Assembly (NCBI GenBank): GCA_035221665.1
Contig: CM069137.1
Span: forward strand, 76,880,001-76,944,000
Reading direction: 5' to 3'
DNA from: Okamejei kenojei
Taxonomy: Eukaryota
Length of the DNA: 64,000 nucleotides
The notes beneath the pieces are model-generated. The model worked only from the letters and a program-made list of their open reading frames with translations, searched no databases and was not told where the DNA came from. This document shows positions 63,401 through 64,000 of the stretch, one piece after another. The translations under genes were made by a program, and so were the position numbers. Position 1 is the first letter of the stretch. Every line of letters starts with the position of its first letter.

Positions 63401-63996
63401 ACCATAAATCAAATAATTTCAAATGCCCTTGCAACATGAAACACTAGTGCAAATCATCCAGCAATTTATGACTTCAACAACTAATAGTATATATTTTCCT
63501 GCCTCAAATCCCAAGTTTTATGCATTCAGCACTCTAGCCCTAAATTTACTTTTACAAATACTTTCTTTATAGTTTAACCATTCTAAAAAATATAGTATTT
63601 GTTTTCAATGTCTTACAACATCATTCAAAAAATTAAAATAACTCAGAACACTGCAAGCTGTTAATTTTTAGAAATAGCTGAATTATTAACATTGAGGATA
63701 GCATTCTTTAAACTAACCTTTCACAGTTAAATTTGCAACACACTTTGTGATTCCAGCATCATTCTTTGCCTGACAAACAAACTTTCCACCATGATGTTTT
63801 TCTACCGTAGTAATCTGCAGTGTTGCTATATCTTTTTCAAAAGATATTTTAGTATTAGTATCTTCAGTAATATCATCTTTATCTTTTTGCCAGGAAATGG
63901 AAATTGGGCTTGAACCTTTCACAGTACTTTGAAACATAGCAGGCATTCCCAAAAGAACTGTAATATTTTCAATCTTCTTGAAAAACGATGGTGGTT
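361..63996 (-). CDS. TTN: Titin, internal multi-exon fragment: I-band tandem Ig segment, N2A element and proximal PEVK; gene extends beyond both window ends
   Basis: Tandem I-set Ig exons (EPPxF...C...W.K...D.G.Y.C); diagnostic N2A peptides [70 protein letters not shown]; PEVK-type small exons; GT/AG borders in compatible phases. Confidence 0.98.
590..635 (-). mobile_element. Short 3' tail fragment of a Rex/Babar-like LINE
   Basis: gtttagattattgccacttgtaccgagg resembles the tail at 37040-37075. Confidence 0.4.
1390..1461 (-). CDS. TTN: TTN PEVK exon, 72 nt, [24 protein letters not shown]
   Basis: tttaag acceptor, gtataa donor, phase 1-1. Confidence 0.88.
2404..2478 (-). CDS. TTN: TTN PEVK exon, 75 nt, [25 protein letters not shown]
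   Basis: polyT-aag acceptor, gtataa donor, phase 1-1. Confidence 0.88.
3580..3646 (-). pseudogene. TTN: Degenerate PEVK exon copy ([20 protein letters not shown]...) without an in-phase donor
   Basis: Acceptor and 5' half match neighbouring PEVK exons; paralogous donor reads AAAG|GA; nearby GTs are phase 0. Confidence 0.55.
3930..4370. mobile_element. Old, degraded Penelope-like terminal repeats in inverted arrangement
   Basis: gagacccttcacc near 4085 and tctcgaacctgaaacatt...ctgttgagttattccag at 4289-4352 resemble the younger copies at 48937 and 21164. Confidence 0.4.
4650..4695 (-). mobile_element. 46-bp Penelope-like fragment with 14-bp target-site duplication
   Basis: gctggagaaactcagc motif; tgatcgtgtgatta at 4636-4649 and 4696-4709. 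Confidence 0.7.
4757..4831 (-). CDS. TTN: TTN PEVK exon, 75 nt, [25 protein letters not shown]
   Basis: ttttaag acceptor, gtatgg donor, phase 1-1. Confidence 0.82.
6043..6117 (-). CDS. TTN: TTN proximal PEVK (E-rich) exon, 75 nt, [25 protein letters not shown]
   Basis: ttttaaag acceptor typical of PEVK exons, gtagag donor, open phase 1-1. Confidence 0.75.
6655..6750 (-). mobile_element. CR1 LINE 3' fragment
   Basis: ctatctctgccttaaaaatatccattgacttggcctcca resembles other CR1 3' ends in window. Confidence 0.5.
7123..7143 (-). CDS. TTN: TTN PEVK microexon, 21 nt, EEWTEEI
   Basis: polyT-acag acceptor, gtaaca donor, phase 1-1; resembles recalled human EEWEEDFE motif. Confidence 0.7.
   Translation of the reverse strand, partial: KNGLKK
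7390..7480 (+). mobile_element. Penelope-like terminal repeat fragment with degenerate hammerhead-like core
   Basis: ccgaagaagggtctcgacccgaaacatcacccattcc...gagttactccagca; repeated several times in window. Confidence 0.65.
8328..8505 (-). mobile_element. CR1 LINE 3' fragment
   Basis: ccgccattcgatcatggctgatc 3'UTR motif. Confidence 0.65.
8724..8762. repeat. 13-bp tandem repeat x3 (gttagattcctaa)
   Basis: Directly visible, next to a splice donor. Confidence 0.85.
8770..8814 (-). CDS. TTN: TTN exon after N2A, 45 nt, [15 protein letters not shown]
   Basis: tttag acceptor, gtaaaa donor, phase 1-1; positional match to recalled human DIPDSRVPIP exon. Confidence 0.8.
9029..9055 (-). CDS. TTN: TTN microexon, 27 nt, EINLQQRKP
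   Basis: tacag acceptor, gtatgt donor; positional match to recalled human EIKLELKPP. Confidence 0.8.
9144..9221 (-). CDS. TTN: TTN I83 C-terminal exon (...[19 protein letters not shown]), apparently disrupted in this sequence
   Basis: Matches recalled human ARLEPRGEARSTAELY; donor intact; no AG at expected acceptor; +1 and -1 indels. Confidence 0.7.
9303..9775 (-). mobile_element. CR1 LINE 3' portion with many small deletions
   Basis: catagaaac tail, gatcatggctgatcatccaactcagta and catcccaggaatcagtctggtgaacc match the copies at 22975 and 61088. Confidence 0.8.
10123..10332 (-). CDS. TTN: TTN I83 N-terminal exon, 210 nt
   Basis: [36 protein letters not shown]...VTTEDE; GT/AG. Confidence 0.95.
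10418..10678 (-). CDS. TTN: TTN I82 exon, 261 nt
   Basis: [11 protein letters not shown]...[16 protein letters not shown]...EDQGRFTC; GT/AG. Confidence 0.95.
10773..11040 (-). CDS. TTN: TTN I81 exon, 268 nt
   Basis: [11 protein letters not shown]...[19 protein letters not shown]...[12 protein letters not shown]; phase 0-1. Confidence 0.95.
11126..11212 (-). CDS. TTN: TTN UN2A exon 2, 87 nt
   Basis: [29 protein letters not shown]; phase 0-0. Confidence 0.92.
11322..11505 (-). CDS. TTN: TTN UN2A exon 1, 184 nt (MARP/ANKRD-binding region)
   Basis: [51 protein letters not shown]...ETHRV; phase 2-0. Confidence 0.93.
11769..12051 (-). CDS. TTN: TTN I80 main exon, 283 nt
   Basis: [24 protein letters not shown]...DFRAKLKK; phase 1-2. 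Confidence 0.95.
12150..12239 (-). CDS. TTN: TTN linker + I80 N-terminal exon, 90 nt
   Basis: [30 protein letters not shown]; tttag/gtaagt; phase 1-1. Confidence 0.9.
13160..13212 (-). mobile_element. 3' tail of a second CR1 family; continues at 14662-15147
   Basis: gaacaggcccttcggcccaccatg tail motif. Confidence 0.6.
13213..14661 (-). mobile_element. CR1 LINE, 5'-truncated, degenerate RT domain and 3'UTR
   Basis: ORF remnants [49 protein letters not shown]; ctatgtttctatg tail. Confidence 0.9.
14662..15147 (-). mobile_element. CR1 LINE (second family) ORF2 C-terminal remnant
   Basis: CMQFWLPH...[40 protein letters not shown]. Confidence 0.85.
15148..15366. mobile_element. Internal fragment of a hairpin-forming MITE-like element related to 59565-60306
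   Basis: gactgccggc and aattttcaacatgttgaaaat shared with 59565 element; long inverted repeat. Confidence 0.6.
15630..15917 (-). CDS. TTN: TTN Ig exon class L (I79-like), 288 nt
   Basis: [35 protein letters not shown]; GT/AG, phase 1-1. Confidence 0.95.
16181..16318 (+). mobile_element. CR1 3'UTR-only insertion with 7-bp TSD tgaccta
   Basis: gatcagccacgatcacaat...ctatgtttctatg; flanking direct repeat. Confidence 0.8.
16732..17022 (-). CDS. TTN: TTN Ig exon K3 (I78-like), 291 nt
   Basis: [22 protein letters not shown]; GT/AG. Confidence 0.95.
17984..18271 (-). CDS. TTN: TTN Ig exon J3 (I77-like), 288 nt
   Basis: [11 protein letters not shown]...[10 protein letters not shown]; GT/AG. Confidence 0.95.
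18604..18891 (-). CDS. TTN: TTN Ig exon I3 (I76-like), 288 nt
   Basis: [11 protein letters not shown]...[10 protein letters not shown]; GT/AG. Confidence 0.95.
19090..19415 (-). mobile_element. CR1 LINE 3' fragment
   Basis: Closely similar to 13213-13600. Confidence 0.85.
19862..21790 (-). mobile_element. Old degraded CR1 LINE, interrupted by a Penelope-like fragment
   Basis: aaacataagaaactggagcagg tail, ggaatcagtttagtgaa, ttccacattatattcca, gtcaaacatgattttcctttcataaatcc. Confidence 0.6.
21164..21246 (-). mobile_element. Penelope-like terminal repeat fragment
   Basis: Reverse complement of ctgaagaagggtctcgacc...ctccagca family. Confidence 0.7.
21870..22160 (-). CDS. TTN: TTN Ig exon K2 (I78-like), 291 nt
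   Basis: [22 protein letters not shown]; GT/AG. Confidence 0.95.
22975..23412 (+). mobile_element. Young CR1 LINE 3' end
   Basis: [24 protein letters not shown]...RTRGHSL ORF2 C-terminus and ctatgtttctatg tail. Confidence 0.92.
23928..24215 (-). CDS. TTN: TTN Ig exon J2 (I77-like), 288 nt
   Basis: [11 protein letters not shown]; GT/AG. Confidence 0.95.
24369..24656 (-). CDS. TTN: TTN Ig exon I2 (I76-like), 288 nt
   Basis: [11 protein letters not shown]; GT/AG. Confidence 0.95.
25320..25407 (-). mobile_element. Penelope-like terminal repeat fragment
   Basis: Same family as 21164-21246. Confidence 0.7.
25651..25941 (-). CDS. TTN: TTN Ig exon K1 (I78-like), 291 nt; absent from ORF track
   Basis: [43 protein letters not shown]...VSVLIQ; GT/AG. 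Confidence 0.95.
26040..26256. mobile_element. PIF/Harbinger-type MITE, 217 bp
   Basis: TIR agggcctgtcccacttggg / cccaagtgggacaggccct; TTA duplication on both sides. Confidence 0.9.
27296..27452. mobile_element. Penelope-like inverted (palindromic) insertion with 15-bp TSD
   Basis: Near-perfect palindrome 27293-27420; caagtaaccagtaag at 27281-27295 and 27453-27467. Confidence 0.8.
27568..27855 (-). CDS. TTN: TTN Ig exon J1 (I77-like), 288 nt
   Basis: [12 protein letters not shown]; GT/AG. Confidence 0.95.
28005..28292 (-). CDS. TTN: TTN Ig exon I1 (I76-like), 288 nt
   Basis: [13 protein letters not shown]; GT/AG. Confidence 0.95.
28420..28698 (-). CDS. TTN: TTN Ig exon class H, 279 nt; absent from ORF track
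   Basis: [18 protein letters not shown]...[12 protein letters not shown]...KAENKIG; GT/AG. Confidence 0.95.
28817..29095 (-). CDS. TTN: TTN Ig exon class G, 279 nt
   Basis: [14 protein letters not shown]...[12 protein letters not shown]; GT/AG. Confidence 0.95.
29168..29805 (+). mobile_element. Non-autonomous Helitron, 638 bp
   Basis: Inserted between A and T; 5' TC; 3' CTAG preceded by hairpin gggaccc-aaca-gggttcc; no TSD; (tctg/tttg)n and G-rich internal repeats. Confidence 0.8.
29834..30112 (-). CDS. TTN: TTN Ig exon class D, 279 nt
   Basis: [11 protein letters not shown]...KLFVK; GT/AG. Confidence 0.95.
30395..31240 (+). mobile_element. Rex/Babar-like LINE 3' portion, degenerate
   Basis: aacaacctcttcctcaatgtcagcaaa, caagttccttggtg (KFLG), acagcttcttc motifs; tgacaataataaac tail. 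Confidence 0.7.
31315..31665 (+). mobile_element. Second Rex/Babar-like LINE 3' fragment
   Basis: gcagccagcatcatcaga...caggttcaggaacagcttcttccc...tgacaataaaacactcttgac. Confidence 0.65.
32073..32360 (-). CDS. TTN: TTN Ig exon class C, 288 nt
   Basis: [13 protein letters not shown]...[10 protein letters not shown]; GT/AG. Confidence 0.95.
32464..32742 (-). CDS. TTN: TTN Ig exon class B, 279 nt
   Basis: EPATIVEK...YTFEVQN; GT/AG. Confidence 0.95.
32860..33138 (-). CDS. TTN: TTN Ig exon class A, 279 nt
   Basis: [11 protein letters not shown]...CQIKNDAG; GT/AG. Confidence 0.95.
33248..33526 (-). CDS. TTN: TTN Ig exon class F, 279 nt
   Basis: [21 protein letters not shown]; GT/AG. Confidence 0.95.
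33629..33910 (-). CDS. TTN: TTN Ig exon class E, 282 nt
   Basis: [18 protein letters not shown]; GT/AG. Confidence 0.95.
34338..34616 (-). CDS. TTN: TTN Ig exon class D, 279 nt
   Basis: I-set Ig ORF; GT/AG, phase 1-1. Confidence 0.95.
34802..35089 (-). CDS. TTN: TTN Ig exon class C, 288 nt
   Basis: [12 protein letters not shown]; GT/AG. Confidence 0.95.
35202..35480 (-). CDS. TTN: TTN Ig exon class B, 279 nt
   Basis: I-set Ig ORF; GT/AG. Confidence 0.95.
35634..35912 (-). CDS. TTN: TTN Ig exon class A, 279 nt
   Basis: I-set Ig ORF; GT/AG. Confidence 0.95.
36171..36449 (-). CDS. TTN: TTN Ig exon class F, 279 nt
   Basis: [11 protein letters not shown]; GT/AG. Confidence 0.95.
36560..36841 (-). 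CDS. TTN: TTN Ig exon class E, 282 nt
   Basis: I-set Ig ORF; GT/AG. Confidence 0.95.
37038..37555 (-). mobile_element. Rex/Babar-like LINE 3' portion
   Basis: gtttagtttattgtcacg tail; gaaactgtccctgaatct, tgattatgctgctggc. Confidence 0.7.
37953..38231 (-). CDS. TTN: TTN Ig exon class D, 279 nt
   Basis: I-set Ig ORF; GT/AG. Confidence 0.95.
38273..38298. repeat. (TA)n microsatellite
   Basis: Directly visible. Confidence 0.95.
38510..38797 (-). CDS. TTN: TTN Ig exon class C, 288 nt
   Basis: [13 protein letters not shown]; GT/AG. Confidence 0.95.
38938..39216 (-). CDS. TTN: TTN Ig exon class B, 279 nt
   Basis: I-set Ig ORF; GT/AG. Confidence 0.95.
39473..39980 (-). mobile_element. CR1 LINE 3' end
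   Basis: [23 protein letters not shown]...RTRGHSL; tail ctatgtttcta. Confidence 0.92.
40271..40549 (-). CDS. TTN: TTN Ig exon class A, 279 nt
   Basis: [15 protein letters not shown]; GT/AG. Confidence 0.95.
40680..40958 (-). CDS. TTN: TTN Ig exon class F, 279 nt
   Basis: I-set Ig ORF; GT/AG. Confidence 0.95.
41682..41963 (-). CDS. TTN: TTN Ig exon class E, 282 nt
   Basis: I-set Ig ORF; GT/AG. Confidence 0.95.
42197..42475 (-). CDS. TTN: TTN Ig exon class D, 279 nt
   Basis: I-set Ig ORF; GT/AG. Confidence 0.95.
42710..42997 (-). CDS. TTN: TTN Ig exon class C, 288 nt
   Basis: I-set Ig ORF; GT/AG. Confidence 0.95.
43345..43623 (-). CDS. TTN: TTN Ig exon class B, 279 nt (core Trp replaced by Cys)
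   Basis: [13 protein letters not shown]; GT/AG. Confidence 0.93.
43763..44041 (-). CDS. TTN: TTN Ig exon class A, 279 nt
   Basis: [12 protein letters not shown]; GT/AG. Confidence 0.95.
44205..44483 (-). CDS. TTN: TTN Ig exon class F, 279 nt (chimeric junction exon)
   Basis: [11 protein letters not shown]...[11 protein letters not shown]; GT/AG. Confidence 0.95.
44588..44869 (-). CDS. TTN: TTN Ig exon class E, 282 nt
   Basis: I-set Ig ORF; GT/AG. Confidence 0.95.
45511..45789 (-). CDS. TTN: TTN Ig exon class D, 279 nt
   Basis: I-set Ig ORF; GT/AG. Confidence 0.95.
46025..46312 (-). CDS. TTN: TTN Ig exon class C, 288 nt
   Basis: I-set Ig ORF; GT/AG. Confidence 0.95.
46433..46711 (-). CDS. 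TTN: TTN Ig exon class B, 279 nt
   Basis: [16 protein letters not shown]; GT/AG. Confidence 0.95.
47225..47503 (-). CDS. TTN: TTN Ig exon class A, 279 nt
   Basis: I-set Ig ORF; GT/AG. Confidence 0.95.
47661..47939 (-). CDS. TTN: TTN Ig exon class F, 279 nt
   Basis: I-set Ig ORF; GT/AG. Confidence 0.95.
48130..48762 (+). mobile_element. Old degraded CR1 LINE 3' portion
   Basis: ttaggccccagc...cagttctgg, cagagaagattgacagagatgttgc, cttccttggagca. Confidence 0.6.
48905..49028 (+). mobile_element. Penelope-like terminal repeat with intact hammerhead-like core
   Basis: ctgaaga-agggtctcgaccc-gaaa-catc at 48937-48964. Confidence 0.7.
49120..49295 (+). mobile_element. CR1 3' fragment
   Basis: gatcagccatgatcatattgaatggcggtgc...ctatgtttcta. 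Confidence 0.85.
49560..49841 (-). CDS. TTN: TTN Ig exon class E, 282 nt
   Basis: I-set Ig ORF; GT/AG. Confidence 0.95.
50072..50350 (-). CDS. TTN: TTN Ig exon class D, 279 nt
   Basis: I-set Ig ORF; GT/AG. Confidence 0.95.
50564..50851 (-). CDS. TTN: TTN Ig exon class C, 288 nt
   Basis: I-set Ig ORF; GT/AG. Confidence 0.95.
51852..52033. mobile_element. PIF/Harbinger-type MITE, 182 bp
   Basis: 30-bp perfect TIR agggcctgtcccacttgggcgtcatttgcg; TTA duplication. Confidence 0.9.
52234..52512 (-). CDS. TTN: TTN Ig exon class B, 279 nt (core Trp replaced by Cys)
   Basis: [13 protein letters not shown]; GT/AG. Confidence 0.93.
52635..52913 (-). CDS. TTN: TTN Ig exon class A, 279 nt
   Basis: I-set Ig ORF; GT/AG. 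Confidence 0.95.
53072..53350 (-). CDS. TTN: TTN Ig exon class F, 279 nt
   Basis: I-set Ig ORF; GT/AG. Confidence 0.95.
53437..53718 (-). CDS. TTN: TTN Ig exon class E, 282 nt
   Basis: I-set Ig ORF; GT/AG. Confidence 0.95.
53897..54175 (-). CDS. TTN: TTN Ig exon class D, 279 nt
   Basis: I-set Ig ORF; GT/AG. Confidence 0.95.
54909..55196 (-). CDS. TTN: TTN Ig exon class C, 288 nt
   Basis: [12 protein letters not shown]; GT/AG. Confidence 0.95.
55612..55752. mobile_element. Penelope-like inverted terminal-repeat pair
   Basis: caaagtgctggagtaactcagcag ... ctgctgagttactccagcactttg (24-bp inverted repeat). Confidence 0.7.
56475..56753 (-). CDS. TTN: TTN Ig exon class B, 279 nt
   Basis: [12 protein letters not shown]; GT/AG. 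Confidence 0.95.
56862..57140 (-). CDS. TTN: TTN Ig exon class A, 279 nt
   Basis: I-set Ig ORF; GT/AG. Confidence 0.95.
57294..57572 (-). CDS. TTN: TTN Ig exon class F, 279 nt
   Basis: I-set Ig ORF; AAG acceptor, GT donor. Confidence 0.93.
57678..57959 (-). CDS. TTN: TTN Ig exon class E, 282 nt
   Basis: I-set Ig ORF; GT/AG. Confidence 0.95.
58340..58910 (+). mobile_element. Degenerate CR1 LINE 3' portion
   Basis: gaggccgcattggagtattgtgtttagttctgg, gaggctgaggggtaatcttatag, ccagaggacataggtttaagg. Confidence 0.75.
59565..60306. mobile_element. Longer MITE/non-autonomous DNA transposon of the gggcctgtcccac TIR family
   Basis: atgggcctgtcccacgtaggtga ... tcgcctaagcgggacaggcacat imperfect TIRs. 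Confidence 0.75.
60632..60910 (-). CDS. TTN: TTN Ig exon class D, 279 nt
   Basis: [17 protein letters not shown]; GT/AG. Confidence 0.95.
61088..61590 (+). mobile_element. Young CR1 LINE 3' end
   Basis: [25 protein letters not shown]; tail ctatgtttctatg. Confidence 0.92.
61683..61970 (-). CDS. TTN: TTN Ig exon class C, 288 nt
   Basis: [12 protein letters not shown]; GT/AG. Confidence 0.95.
62073..62351 (-). CDS. TTN: TTN Ig exon class B, 279 nt
   Basis: [12 protein letters not shown]; GT/AG. Confidence 0.95.
63718..63996 (-). CDS. TTN: TTN Ig exon class A, 279 nt
   Basis: [14 protein letters not shown]...CQAKNDAG; GT/AG. Confidence 0.93.
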
Positions 63997-64000
63997 CTGT

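Noticed and set aside
15619-63952. ORF-track Ig ORFs as separate small Ig genes with hydrophobic N/C-termini
   Set aside because: The extensions are T-rich intron read-through beyond AG/GT sites; all are phase-compatible exons of one gene
361-63996. Alternative identity as obscurin, hemicentin or another poly-Ig gene
   Set aside because: UN2A, I80-I83 and PEVK sequences in the expected order are diagnostic of titin
1-64000. RBM20 UCUU motif clusters in introns
   Set aside because: The motif is frequent by chance in U-rich introns; enrichment cannot be assessed without computation

Overview
Eukaryotic, AT-rich genomic DNA containing an internal 64-kb piece of the titin gene (TTN) on the minus strand. 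The repeat content (CR1 LINE tails, Penelope-like fragments, Harbinger-type MITEs) suggests a cartilaginous fish, probably a skate or ray; this is inference. Reading in transcript order (high to low coordinates) there are 58 single-Ig, phase 1-1 exons of 279-291 nt, then the N2A element (I80, UN2A, I81, I82, I83), then the first PEVK exons. I label the Ig classes A-L. The Ig array differs from the mammalian layout of three 6-Ig plus three 10-Ig super-repeats. It has at least 6 complete plus one partial 6-Ig repeat, including a recent 12-exon tandem duplication with a chimeric junction exon. It has only one 10-Ig repeat, and a triplicated I76-I77-I78-like unit. Other notable points: a core Trp-to-Cys change in two paralogous Ig exons; an apparently broken C-terminal I83 exon (mdm-like position, possibly assembly error); ~1.0-1.2 kb PEVK exon+intron tandem units; and introns carrying CR1, Rex/Babar, Helitron, MITE and Penelope-like elements with hammerhead-like cores. 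Exon borders were read by eye from GT/AG sites and frame. Repeat borders are approximate. Human domain equivalences come from recalled sequence, not a database search.
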